Below are positions 28,049 through 40,944 of a stretch of 64,000 nt of DNA, piece after piece. This stretch comes from Macrostomum lignano (taxonomy: Eukaryota), in NCBI GenBank assembly GCA_002269645.1, contig NIVC01000209.1, forward strand, positions 124,001 to 188,000. The letters are read 5' to 3'. Made by a program: the position numbers and the translations under genes. The notes under the pieces are model-generated. The model was given only the letters and a program-made list of their open reading frames with translations, was not told where the DNA came from and ran no database searches. The stretch's first letter is position 1. Every line of letters begins with the position of its first letter.

Positions 28049-28500
28049 CACAGATACTAAAATAACTGGATGGGCCACTCAGGCATAGGTATTTAGTAAA
28101 ACTGCTTTCTACTTTCAGTTCAGTAGCAAAGAAGAATACTATAGCAATTTTATAAAAATAAAGGCGGCTGAAACGACTGATAAGTTTAGAAGCCCACAAG
28201 CTTGCAGGCGTAAACAACTTGCTAATTGGTTCAGCAATAATGTACATTGGCCAGTCCACTGAAATGTACATGGCAGCTTTAGGCTGGAATTCCGAGAAAG
28301 GCAATAAAAATTTGGGCGGGGCGGGGGGGTAGTGTGGAAAGGCGCGGTTGAAGGGTTTAAGCGAGGGGGGGGTAAGAGCCAATAAATGAGCCGTGGCTTT
28401 AAAAATGAATTAAAATGCTTCGGCTTAACTTACTACTGAACTGAAAGTAGCTTACATGCAAATTTGCAGAGTGGCCCATCTAGTTATTCTAGTATCTGTG
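28049..28500. mobile_element. P-like MITE (452 bp), same TIR family as 5018-7050
   Basis: TIR CACAGATACTAAAATAACTGGATGGGCCACTC and near-complement ending 28500; TSD GGTAAAAC / CGTAAAAC (7/8). Confidence 0.8.
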
Positions 28501-28683
28501 CGTAAAACAAAAAAAAAGAAATAAGCCACTTGTATAAGCGAACTTTCATTCTCTAAATAGATTTGCAATCCGCTGGCCCTCCTAACTCTTCAAAAATATT
28601 TGTGCAAATCTTCATTTATCTCCGAAAATTGTCTGATTGGCTAAAAAACTGTCCAAATCTGTATTTTTTCTTTACATGTATAA

Positions 28684-29394
<711 letters not shown>

Positions 29395-29769
29395 TAGAAC
29401 TTGTTGTTTTTCCAGTGCCCTCAAAAAGCATTTTTCTACATGCAAAATTTCTCGGGTTCGTCTGAAACAACAACTGTTTTTACTAAAGCTTCGTTTCCAA
29501 AAAATCTTTAAAAAAAATTTAACTCGAAAATTTTTGTTTTACTATTGTCTGAGGCATTTTCTGCGTAAACTGTACACAGCTGTCTGCAGTCCGTTTTTTA
29601 GTGCGATGCTTTTTTCGTTACAAAAATGTTGATTGACAGATTTCGGCTTAGGTAGGTTTCACTGCTTCTGCATGCGAGACGGGGAACTAAATTGATGAAA
29701 AACTAAATTTAGCCCGTAGCCTGGTGTCTGGTGTTTTTTACCTTGCAACAGCTAATCTATGGAGTTAAT

Positions 29770-30130
29770 TGTGCCGTAGTCCAGCGACCCAGTCTCGAAC
29801 CCAAGTGCTAATTTGAGGCTAAATTGGAATCTCGGCTTGGCTCTGCTCGTGCGATTGCAGTGTGAGTGAATGCCTGCTCAGGGGAGTCGGCGGAATGGGC
29901 AGTATTGCCTCTATCCGGTTGTGTGACAATGTCGCTTAAAGTGTCTAATAAAGAGACATGCGTGCTAGTGACTCTCCCATAAGATTTCTTAGAATTAGAT
30001 AGATAATCCAATTGAGACTAATCCAATTCACACGGGGGATTTTTTACTACCCGAGTTAATGATGCAGCTGAGAATCGAGACATCATCGCAATGTGATTGG
30101 CCTTACCAGGTGCTTGCGTGTAGCTAATAT
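29770..30130 (+). mobile_element. tRNA-derived SINE, family A, copy 1 (head partly deleted)
   Basis: Reverse-complement similarity to 39885-40150 (GCACGAGCAGAGCCAAGCCGAGATTCCAAT; CCGCCGACTCCCCTGAGCAGGC). Confidence 0.65.
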
Positions 30131-31044
30131 TCAAATCCTTAGACTTAACGATTGTTGTAAACAAGTTTCTACAGCTCACCCCTGCTAGAGAGAGGCGGGT
30201 TAGTGTAACTATGGCAATGTTTTTTGTTTTCCTCTTCTTAAGCCTCCTCTCCCCGCCATCTGCCAGCGTGACTGCCTGCAGCTGCAGTATTGGCTTCCTA
30301 TTGTCTCTTAATTGTCGTATGCAGCTGCGTGGGTTTAAGAGGTGGGGTGGGGGGGGGGGTTGAGACCGACTCTGCATGCGTAGCACGCTTCAGTGCCCCA
30401 TGCGTGCAGCGCTCTGTTTCTGTGAAATTTTCGTGTTTTAAAAAAGTTATGGAAGTTGTTTTCAACTCACAGCGTCTCCTGGGGGGGGGAGCAGTGGATT
30501 CTGTCTCGAGACTTACGTGGGTGGAAGGGATGGAAATATGGATTGCCAAGAAGTTTTGGATTGCCATCGCCTGTTTTAAAGACCTGTGTGCTTCTTTTCA
30601 CCAGCTATTTTTTTTCAACAGCCTCTTCGACGAGAGCGGGTTGGATTCAAATAGAAGGCATTGAGAAAAGAAAATTCCACTATTGAATTATGTATCAACT
30701 ACTGGAGCAATTGGGTTCTTTGCATTGCGTTTAGCTATGAAAAATAAATGAGTCATTGTTTAAGGGTCTGTAGCGTATACTGTACCGCAAAATTCTCACT
30801 AGAGTACAACCTTAAATGTGCACCATTTTCCTGTACAATTATTAAGGAATAATAAGTTGTTTATCAGCATTTAGTTTTAATACAATTGTGTGTTTAATAT
30901 TATTTACAAAATTGTAATTAGGCTAGTTCAAGATATTCACGGTTTTCTTTCTCAAAGCTCACTAGAAACCACCAAGATACCAGCTTTGGTATTTTAAATT
31001 TATCAATTCTGCACCATTATTTTAGAAGTATTTGATTCGACTTT

Positions 31045-32250
31045 TCCCTCTCTGCTCTCACCCTCTCACCTTCTCTGCTCTCAACTCTCTGCTCTCACCT
31101 CTCTGCTCTCACCCTCTCACCTTCTCTGCTCTCAACTCTCTGCTCTGACTCTCTGTGCTCCCACCCTCTGTGCTCTCAACTCTCACCTCTCTGCTCTCAC
31201 CTGTCTGCTCTCACCTCTCTGCTCTCACCTCTCTGCTCTCACCTGTCTGCTCTCACCTCTCTGCTCTCACCTCTCTGCTCTCACCTGTCTGCTCTCACCT
31301 CTATGCTCTCACCTCTCTGCTCTCACCTCTCTGCTCTCACCTGTCTGCTCTCACCTCTATGCTCTCACCTCTATGCTCTCACCTCTGCTCTCACGTCTCT
31401 GCTCTCACCTCTCTGCTCTCACCCTCTCACCTTCTCCATGCTCTCAACTCTCTGCTCTCACCTCTGTGCTCCCACCCTCTGTGCTCCCACCCTCTGTGCT
31501 CTCACCTCTCTCCTCTCACCTCTATGCTCTCACCTCTCTGCTCTCACATCTATGCTTTCACCCTCTGTGCTCCCACCCTCTATGCTCCCACCCTCTGTGC
31601 TCTCACCCTCTGTGCTCCCACCCTCTGTGCTCCCACCCTCTGTGCTCTCACCCTCTGTGCTCTCACCTCTCTCCTCTCACCTCTATGCTCTCACCTCTCT
31701 GCTCTCACCTCTATGCTTTCACCCTCTGTGCTCTCACCCTCTGTGCTCTCACCTCTCTCCTCTCACCTCTATGCTCTCACCTCTCTGCTCTCACCTCTAT
31801 GCTTTCACCCTCTGTGCTCTCACCCTCTGTGCTCTCACCTCTCTCCTCTCACCTCTATGCTCTCACCTCTCTGCTCTCACCTCTATGCTTTCACCCTCTG
31901 TGCTCCCACCCTCTATGCTCCCACCCTCTGTGCTCTCACCCTCTGTGCTCCCACCCTCTGTGCTCTCACCCTCTGTGCTCTCACCTCTCTCCTCTCACCT
32001 CTCTGCTCTCACCTCTCTGCTCTTACCTCTATGCTCCCACCCTCTATGCTCCCACCCTCTGTGCTCTCACCTCTCTCCTCTCACCTCTCTGCTCTCACCT
32101 CTCTGCTCTTACCTCTATGCTCCCACCCTCTATGCTCTCACCCTCTGTGCTCTCACCTCTCTCCTCTCACCTCTCTGCTCTCACCTCTCTGCTCTTACCT
32201 CTGTGCTCCCACCCTCTATGCTCCCACCCTCTGTGCTCACATCCTCTCTG
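31045..32250. repeat. CT-rich degenerate minisatellite (CTCTCACCTCTCTG / CTCCCACCCTCTGTG units)
   Basis: Direct observation; source of the LCSH/SALT ORFs. Confidence 0.92.
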
Positions 32251-32339
32251 TGGGCGCCCCGTGGTCTCAGCCAATTTGTAACACAGGTGGTGTTCACAAA
32301 CTTTTTACCTCAAGAGCCAGATGGACAATCTAGCGCATG

Positions 32340-32530
32340 ACTGTGGTCCAGAGGAGAGGAATGGGAGTAGAGTAGAAGAGAGAAGGGAGAGGAGATTAGA
32401 GAGAAGAGAGCTGAGAAGAGACACAAACCTTAAGCGGGCCGGATCGCCATTGTGAAGCTTCAAAAAACCCGAAGGCCGGATAGAGAGGCTTGGCGGGCTG
32501 CATGTGACCCGTGGACCGTCCTCTGACATA
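32340..32530 (-). repeat. Dispersed repeat, probable retroelement 3' end with CT-rich tail (second copy 40570-40800)
   Basis: Shared GGCCGGATAGAGAGGCTT core and adjacent GA-rich tract in both copies. Confidence 0.55.
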
Positions 32531-32991
32531 ACATACTCCCCAATTCCCAGAAATCAAAACTTTTTTCCTTAAAGTCAATTGTATTGTCGCCTCAAAATGC
32601 CTCTATCGGTTGTGCTTGCGATGGGTTTCTCCGAAAAGCACATATAAACTTGTTACGGCTCCTATAAAGAAAATTGTGTGCCACATGCTACATAGCATGC
32701 AAGACTGCAAAACATTGCACGCGTTGCGCTATTCTACTGAAGTACATGCATAGTCCGCGCACCAAATCTGGAATTTCATGATACAAATAGCTCGTAGCTC
32801 AAGTTCGCGAACTGTTGACTTGTACCTTTTTGCGTCCTATTTTGCTTTTACTTCATTCAAACTGGTGCGCAAGGCCGTCAGCAATGGCAGAGATTTTACA
32901 CAGACAAACCATAAAAAGCCATAGACAACAAAAGTCAATTTGGTTTCAGTCTGGTGGACAGAGACAGGACATGCAAAGCAAGACGGTAAAG

Positions 32992-33720
32992 TATAACTTT
33001 TTGCGATCTAGTTTGCCAAAACTGCAATCAATTTTGCCCGCGGAAAAATATCACTTTATAATTTTGCTGTCTAGGCCAAGTCTGCTCAGTCATGACCAGA
33101 GTTTCAGCCACAGACAACTCTTTGAAAACTGCAATCAATTTTTCCAAAACTGCCACCCAGTTTGCCCATAGCAAGCCAAGAAGAATTTTTATTGAGAATC
33201 CATTCGGAAGTGTGACGAAATAAACTGTAACAGTGAACAATAAACGGCGAGTTTATAATGGTAGACGTAGGCACAAATGCTCTCAATCATAGCATTGTTA
33301 AGGGACCTCTGCTTGGCACCTCCGCGAGGCAGATGCTCTATTCGACCGGTTGCGTTGAATTGTCCAACTATGTAAGTCACGGTTCTTCGTGAGATGCCCA
33401 ACAGCCTACCGAAATCTTGCCAGTCCTCTCCATCCTGATATGCTTGAATCAATCGCTGCCGGTCATTCGCTGAAATCCTGTTATAAGGTCCACGCTGGGC
33501 CATTCTTTGATCTTGCTGTGTATGTCTGTGGTGTTTTCTTTGCTATGGGGCAAACTAGGTCGCAGTTTTGGCAAAATTGATTGCAGTTTTCAGAGTTGTC
33601 TGTGGCTGAAACTCTGATCATGACTGAGCAGACTTGGCCTAGACAGCAAAATTATAAGTGATATTTTTCCGCGGGCAAAATTGATAGCAGTTTTGGCAAA
33701 CTAGATCGCAAAAAGGTATA
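32992..33720 (-). mobile_element. Tc1/IS630-like deletion derivative with ~180-bp TIRs, retaining the N-terminal HTH of the transposase
   Basis: TIRs TATA(A/C)CTTTTTGCGATCTAGTTTGCCAAAACTGC.. (32992-33172, 33542-33720), TA ends. ORF 33503-33189 reads YNRISANDRQRLIQAYQDG..GISRRTVTYIV..GRIEHLPRGG. Confidence 0.8.
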
Positions 33721-34458
33721 AAAGCAAATGCAGGATCGAAGCCTAACGAACACTCAAGTAAAGAAGATCTGGAGAGTGACAGCGTTGCAGGGAGGAAACG
33801 CCGCTAAGTCCGTGTCTATAAGGTTGAGTTAGGCCATAGACATTTGAATGCGAAGACAACACACGAACCATTAAAATCTTGTGCTTTCATTGCATTTGAG
33901 TGTCGTGACAAGGACAAATCAATAAAAATTTTCTCAGTTTTTGGCACAATAGCTACAGCCGTCCCCCTATCCGCCGTGGTCATCATGCAATGTACAGTCA
34001 AACTGTTAAACTAATCGATTCCCAACACGGTTTAGCTGGTTTTTAGAGCATTTTTTACTACAGCAGGCAAATTACAGCCTATCTGTGGCTAATTAGCGTA
34101 GACCCAATCCAACTTATAGCCTATTCAATCATTCAACAATGTCCCGCGCGTTTTGAGGTGAGCGACAATGGCTCTATCATCGCGTGTGTGTTTTCAACTA
34201 AGACGAGTTTTGTATCCGTTGGTAACGCATCTACCTCTATTACCTCCCTGTCTGCCTCAGTAGCCACTCTCTCACATCCAACGCAGACCAATCCAAATCA
34301 ATCTATTGGATTTATTATTAATATAAACCTTGCGCTTGAGACCCTACTGCAGTTAACGGCATTTAATAACACAGACTAACCCACTGTCCCGATCCCGCAA
34401 CAGAAAAATTCGATTCCAATTTTGAAATCAATTATAATAAAAGTAAGTGCTTTATTAC

Positions 34459-35008
34459 TATTCCTTTTTACGTTCTATTTGATAAAAACTGCAACCAATT
34501 TGGCCACGGCTCAGCCTGACGCAGCCGCAGCAATTTTCCATAGACAGCCACCGCTAGCGGCAACCAATTTGGTAAAAACTGCGAGCTATTTTGCCAGCTT
34601 GAAGATAGCAGGTCAATAGCATAACAATAACGATAAAGAATGTTAACAATACATGCACGAAGTCAGAACATTATGTCCTCAGCATTCAAGCACCGATTGA
34701 AGTACGTCTGGGAATGGTTGATCCAGCGCAGGCACTTGAGAGGCGTGATGCCAAGCTGCCAAGCTCTCCCCAGTCGTCGCCACTCCTGTACGCTCTCACG
34801 ATTCGCTCTCGATCCAGCTGACTTATCTTTTGGTACGGCCCACGATTCGCCATCAGAGCAGCTGCTATCTGGCAAAATAGCTCGCAGTTTTTACCAGATT
34901 GGTTGCCGCTAGCGGTGGCTGTCTATGGAAAATTCTATGTCTATGGTCAGGCTGAGCCGTGGCCAAATTGGTTGCAGTTTTTATCAAATTAGAACGTAAA
35001 AAGGTATA
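34459..35008 (-). mobile_element. Tc1/IS630-like deletion derivative with ~140-bp TIRs, probably retaining the transposase C-terminus
   Basis: TIRs TAT(T/A)CCTTTTTACGTTCTA..CTATTTTGCCAG (34459-34597, 34869-35008). Minus ORF ends ITPLKCLRWINHSQTYFNRCLNAEDI, resembling from recall the C-termini of such transposases. Confidence 0.7.
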
Positions 35009-35685
35009 ATTTGTTTACATACACTAATTAGCTAGGCTAATACAGCTGGGAAATTTGGTACTTTTCCGTAGACAATGGAGAGATGACACACACACACGGC
35101 TTTTTGAGTGCAGGAACGTTTTTTTGTTGTTACCAACGCCACATAATGTTGCCGTACGCTTCTATGGTAAAAACAAGCATTAATACTCAGTGAAATCGTT
35201 ATAGGTAATGAACAAGCTGTCAGTGAAACTTTTTAGTGATTGTAAAAGCATTTTGCGATCTAGTTTAGACTGTGGGCTTTGAATGTTAACATAAGAGTTT
35301 TTTTTTTCCATCAAAGCAGCAAACATACATTCAGGTCACGTATACTTCAACAAACTGTCAATCCAGTATCTCGCCGCCTGCAGGCTGCACATTGAAGCTA
35401 CATGTACATGTAGGTTTTAACATTAAAGTTTTAAAAATCAAATTTTGTTTAAGAATAGCAAAAACATTCGTCCATTGCGCTCAATACTTATTGCATTCAA
35501 TGATAAAAAATTAGTCAAAAAATAGAAGCCAGCTAGCAGTCTAAACTACCACAGCAAAATGCTACATAATACTTTTAGCTGGCTAGATATGCCACGTGAA
35601 AAACTGAAGCTCAGCTTATGACCCTGCATCGATTCCGTCCGCATGTCCCCCGCCCGCCCGCCCGTCCGTGTATTCCACAGAGACA

Positions 35686-38085
35686 ATGCGGAATCCACTG
35701 CCATCACTCTGGCTATCGATTGCTCTCGCAGCGGTGCTGGGCACATCCGGGGTCCACAGCTACCCCAGCTTCACCTATAGCTACGTTGGCTGCTACACCG
35801 ACAGCGGGTCTAACAGAGACATCACTGGCTTAGGCGGAATCTCCCAGCTGGGCAGTTTTCCAGCAAGTCTCTTTTACACTTTTTATGCTGTTTTGTAGAC
35901 CAATGCTAAGTAAAATGTGGCCCCCTAATCGACTGACAAAAGCACACGATTTTTAGTGCCGGTGCCCAGAAAGAGAAATAAAATGGCGCCCCTCTCAAAT
36001 GAAATGGCGCCCCTCTCAAATGAAATGGCGCCCCTCTCAAATGAAATGGCGCCCCTCTCAAATGAAATGGCGCCCCTCTCAAATGAAATGGCGCCCCTCT
36101 CAAATAAAATGGCGCCCCTCTCAAATGAAATGGCGCCCCTCTCAAATGAAATGGTGCCCCTCTCAAATGACTTGGCAACCCCACTCAAATGAAATGGCGC
36201 CCCTCTCAAATGAAATGGTGCCCCTCTCAAATGACTTGGCAACCCCACTCAAATGAAATGGCGCTCCCTACTCAAATGAAATGGCACCCCTTTCAAATTA
36301 AATGGCACCCCCTTTCAAATGAAATGGCGCCCCTCTCAAATGAAATGGCGCCCCCTACTCAAATTAAATGGCGCCCCAAATGATGCCCAAGGACTGTTTA
36401 GGAAGTCCTTCAAACGAAATTGAGTCTTTAAATCAATTAATTAGCATTGACCACTTATGGCTGACTCTCCTCTCTCTCTCGTTCAATGTTATGCATATCC
36501 CGAGTAGGTGGACCCTAACACTGGAGCGCAGTACATCTTTGACAACTCCGCAATGTCGCTGAGCCTGTGCGCTAGCGCCTGCTCGCTGGGCGGCTTTCCT
36601 TACTTCGGCGTGCAAGCCAGCGCTTTCTGCTTTTGCGGCTGGTCCTACGGATCTCTCGGTCAGGTCAGCGACGCGGATTGCAGCGGTTCCGGTCAAACTT
36701 GCAGAGGAAATCCGGCTGAAGTGTGCGGCGGTCTGGATCTGAATGCAGTCTACGCTATGCACTACGGTACGTGTCTAGAGTTGGGGAGTTGCTGAGATGC
36801 CAATTGGCTCAATGGGGAGTTGCTGAGATGCCAATTGGCTCAATGGGGAGTTGCTGAGATGCCAATTGGCTCAATGGGGAGTTGCTGAGATGCCAATTGG
36901 CTCAATGGGGAGTTGCTGAGATGCCAATTGGCTCAATGGGGAGTTGCTGAGATGCCAATTGGCTCAATGGGGAGTTGCTGAGATGCCAATTGGCTCAATG
37001 GGGAGTGGCTGAGATGCCAATTGGCTCAATGGGGGAGTTGCTGAGATGCCAATTGGCTCAATGGGGGGAGTTGCTGAGATGCCAATTGGCTCAATGGGGA
37101 GTTGCTGAGATGCCAATTGGCTCAATGGGGAGTTGCTGAGATGCCAATTGGCTCAATGGGGGGAGTTGCTGAGATGCCAATTGGCTCAATGGGGAGTTGC
37201 TGAGATGCCAATTGGCTCAATGGGGAGTTGCTGAGATGCCAATTGGCTCAATGGGGAGTTGCTGAGATGCCAATTGGCTCAATGGGGAGTTGCTGAGATG
37301 CCAATTGGCTCAATGGGGAGTGGCTGAGATGCCAATTGGCTCAATGGGGAGTTGCTGAGATGCCAATTGGCTCAATGGGGAGTTGCTGAGATGCCAATTG
37401 GCTCAATGGGGAGTTGCTGAGATGCCAATTGGCTCAATGGGGAGTGGCTGAGATGCCAATTGGCTCAATGGGGAGTTGCTGAGATGCCAATTGGCTCAAT
37501 GGGGAGTTGCTGAGATGCCAATTGGCTCAATGGGGAGTAGCTAGGATTCCATGGTTATGGGGAGCAGCTAGGATTCCATGGCTCAATGGGGAGTAGCTAG
37601 GATTCCATGGCTCAATGGGGAGTAGCTAGGATTCCATGGCTCAATGGGGAGTAGCTAGGATTCCATGGCTCAATGGGGAGTAGCTAGGATTCCATGGCTC
37701 AATGGGGAGTAGCTAGGATTCCATGGCTCAATGGGGAGTAGCTAGGATTCCATGGCTCAATGGGGAAGTAGCTAGGATTCCATGGCTCAACTGATTGGAG
37801 CTTCCAAAGCCCTTTTTGTCTCCTGTAGGCAGCGGCTGCAAGACATTTCGGCTGGAGGCCAGCCGACCTCAGCTGGTGGTGACCAGCTCCTACTCGAAGA
37901 CCACCCACTGGACTGAACCCGTCACCGAGGCCGCCAACTGCATTCTGAAGTGCCACTCCTCCGCGAGTAGCAACTGTCAGGCTGTGATTTTCCAGCAGCA
38001 GGCCCGGCTGTGCCACCTTCTGAAGTTCGCTCTGGTGCCGCAGGCTCTGAACACCACTGTTGGAGACTTCTACATCAGAGCCTGA
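35686..38085 (+). CDS. Secreted WSC-domain + PAN/Apple-like protein, paralog A (~230 aa); exons 35686-35862, 36508-36766, 37829-38085
   Basis: Signal-like N-terminus; WSC pattern YVGCYTD..C..AC..GFPYFGVQ..CFCG..YG..C..C.G..CGG..NAVY; PAN-like NCILKC..CQAVIF..ARLCHL. Intron 1 uses a GC donor. Confidence 0.88.
35985..36375. repeat. 21-nt minisatellite (TCAAATGAAATGGCGCCCCTC)n in paralog A intron 1
   Basis: Direct observation. Confidence 0.93.
36782..37790. repeat. 31-nt minisatellite (TGGGGAGTTGCTGAGATGCCAATTGGCTCAA)n switching to a related 29-nt unit near 37535; paralog A intron 2
   Basis: Near-identical units with no unique spacers. Confidence 0.95.
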
Positions 38086-38459
38086 GAGCGGTTCTCTGCT
38101 GAAACATCTACTGAAAATATGCAACAGTGAACTGTCTAATTAATTAATACTTTTTGCTGAGGAAAATTAGTTCACTACATGAAAGCCAACCCCTCTGGGA
38201 ACAAAGACTGTACATGCCTGATAGTTAGAAAGTCACCCTGTGTGAGTGTGCAGCGCCTGCGTATGTATCTGTGTACATGTTCAGGAGTCGGTGGAACGGC
38301 CTTGATTTGTAATTCATAGCCTTCTGCAAACTAACTGATTGCCTTTAGTACCCAATCCCTATTTCCTTTTCGAATTGCTTACTTTAATTTTACTGATTCA
38401 TATCGTGTCTTTTCAATTAGTTTCGTGTTAGCTGCGAATTTTGCAGGATTTCTAAATTT

Positions 38460-38880
38460 GATGCCCATCTGATTGGCTACAGAGTGGAAGGGGTTAGATT
38501 CTCCTTGATCGTCATCTGATTGGCTAGAGAGTGCAGGAAGGGGTTAGACTCTCCCTGATCGTCATCTGATTGGCTAGAGAGTGGAAGGGGTTAGACTTTC
38601 CTTGACCGTCATCTGGTTGGCTATAGAGTGCAGGAAGTGGTTAGACTCTCCCTGATCGTCATCTGATTGGCTAGAGAGTGCAGGAAGGGGTTAGTCTCTC
38701 TTTGATCGTCATCTGATTGGCTAGAGAGTGGAAGGGGTTAGACTCTCCTTGACCGTCATCTGGTTGGTTAAAGAGAGTGCAGGAAGGGGTTAGACTCTCC
38801 TTGACCGTCATCTGGTTGGTTAAAGAGAGTGCAGGAAGGGGTTAGACTTTGTTTGTCCGTCATCTGGTTGGTTAAAGAGA
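38460..38880. repeat. 47-50-nt tandem repeat with ATTGG (reverse CCAAT), downstream of paralog A
   Basis: Unit ATCTGATTGGCTAGAGAGTG(CAG)GAAGGGGTTAGACTCTCCCTGATCGTC, ~8 copies. Confidence 0.9.
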
Positions 38881-39639
38881 GTGTTAGAAAAGTATTTTTG
38901 TGTGTTAGATGTGTCGCTTTTTAAACGCTGAACTTTAACTTTTTCAATTTAAAAAGCGTCATTCTTTTTTGTGAATATTGCCAATAACTCTATAAAAGTA
39001 CACTGACAAATTTAATTCCTATAAGCTCGCAGCATCGCAAACTTATTCTCATATACTCTTTTTCAAGACTTTTTTGCCTTCTATGTTTCCCCTGAATGGG
39101 CACGAGAGCCTGTAGATGCTGGCAAATATTTCCCTGGCGCTTCTGCTTTTAGACAGAGACGGGAAGACACTGGCAAAGCATGCGGCTTGCTACTTCTGCA
39201 GCGTCTCATCTTCAAGCTGCAGCCAACCTCACAGCCGTGAGACACTTTAAAAAAGAGTTTAAAAAGCAGATCGTTGCTGCTTGGCTGATTGCCTCACGAG
39301 ACAACATAATCAGTTTTCTGCGCAGTAGAACGGCTGGGAAAAGTTTCGTAAGTTTGCCGATATCCTTCCTCCATCCTCCATCATTATACTAAAAATGGTC
39401 TGTCGGTAGGTATTAGGTATCTACTATCTATCTAGGTAGGTATGCGATCGATTAGAGAAAAACAGCTCAACTGATTTTCATTCGACTTGCAGTGTTCGAT
39501 CAGAAATTTTCCCGTGACGGTACATGTGTCTTGGCTAAGAAATTGCCTAATGCTAAAGGGATTAAATATTCGAAAAAAATCTTTTTTGCAAAGGTCAAGC
39601 AAACTTTTCGACTTGAAATGTATTGTAAGAATTCTAGAG

Positions 39640-40180
39640 AATATACCAATATTGATGATGGGCTGCAGAGGCCTCTGCAGAGGCCTCGCGCGTAAAAGAA
39701 GCCTCTCGTATAAGCATTGCTGTGACTTCTTGGGGAGAGTTTTGAAGGCCTACGGTGAATAACTGAGATGTAAAGGCTTACGGAGAGATTTCTTAGATGT
39801 CAAGGCAAAAGTCAGAGAGGCCTTTTTTATTAGAGGCAGGGGGTTGTGTGCACCCTGGCGCACTTTAAGCGACATGGGCACACAACCGGCGAGAGGCATT
39901 ACTGCCCATTCCGCCGACTCCCCTGAGCAGGCAAACAAGCGCGCGCATACGTACGCAGGCACACACTCACACAGGAGTGTACAGCGGCCCTAACTTTATT
40001 TTATCGTTAGGCATGTACACTTCACTGCGCCTTGGGGGGTTGGCTCTCAAGGCCGTTAATTGCACGAGCAGAGCCAAGCCGAGATTCCAATTCAGCCCCA
40101 AATTAATGTGACTGCACTTGGAATCGAGCCTGGGTCGCTGGCACACCTGAGCAGCTGCGCTACCGCTGGGCTACGGCCCC
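39640..40180 (-). mobile_element. tRNA-derived SINE, family A, copy 2 (intact head)
   Basis: Minus strand begins GGGGCCGTAGCCCAGCGG (A box) ... GGCTCGATTCC (B box); body shared with the 29770 and 59130 copies. Confidence 0.75.
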
Positions 40181-40944
40181 CCCCCCAAAGTCAGAAAGTC
40201 AAAGGCTACATGTAGTTCATTTAATTTTTTTACTACATTCCCTTTGGCTCCCCATGGGGGGTGTTGCTGATAGAGAAGAAGCGTCATGTCGAAGTTAACA
40301 GATTCATTTGGTGGGAACCGCTGCGATGTCAATTAAGGCTTTGAGGGAATCGCTATAATGCTGTAATGCTATAATGACTCTTTGGGAGAATTACTGAAAT
40401 GTCAATGCTTTAAGGTTAGGGTTAGGGTTAATGTTCACAGATTTTTTATCATTTGAGATGTCAAGGCTTAATAACAAGGGATTGCTGAGGTTATTGCAAT
40501 GAGACGCCAGTCGTACATATAAGTTTATTAAAAAACTTGTACTGCATTTTTTACTATATAGTTTTTACTTTGTTTACAGAGGGGAAATGCGAGAGCAAAA
40601 GATGAGATGAGGCGTGGAATCGGAAAAGAAATGAGGGATAAGGTAAGAGCAGAGATGAGATTAGAGAAGAGAGTTGAGAAGAGAACCTTGAGCGTATGAG
40701 ATTGTTATTGTAAAGTCCCAAAGGACCCGAGGGCCGGATAGAGAGGCTTCACGGGCCACATGTGAAGTTGCCGGTCCTTAGTCCCGATGATGTGAAAGTC
40801 ATGGCCGCTGTGTACACCCTGTGTGTGCGTGCCTGCTCAATGCTCACTAATGATGGTGCAAACTTAATTTTTACGTTAATTCTAAAATTTTAAACTTGTA
40901 AAATCATGCTTGACAGGATTATTCTGCAAGGATTCCCAGATCTG

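Noticed and set aside
36782-37790. CRISPR-like appearance of 28-41-nt repeats with internal palindromes
   Set aside because: Units are head-to-tail with no unique spacers, no cas genes, and the context is eukaryotic introns.
40100-40180. tRNA gene candidate (also 41156-41225)
   Set aside because: A/B boxes are present but there is no coherent cloverleaf or anticodon arm, and each continues into a dispersed repeat body, so they are SINE heads.
40410-40432. TTAGGG telomeric motif
   Set aside because: Only 2-3 units, internal to a repeat-like segment; not a telomere or meaningful interstitial array.
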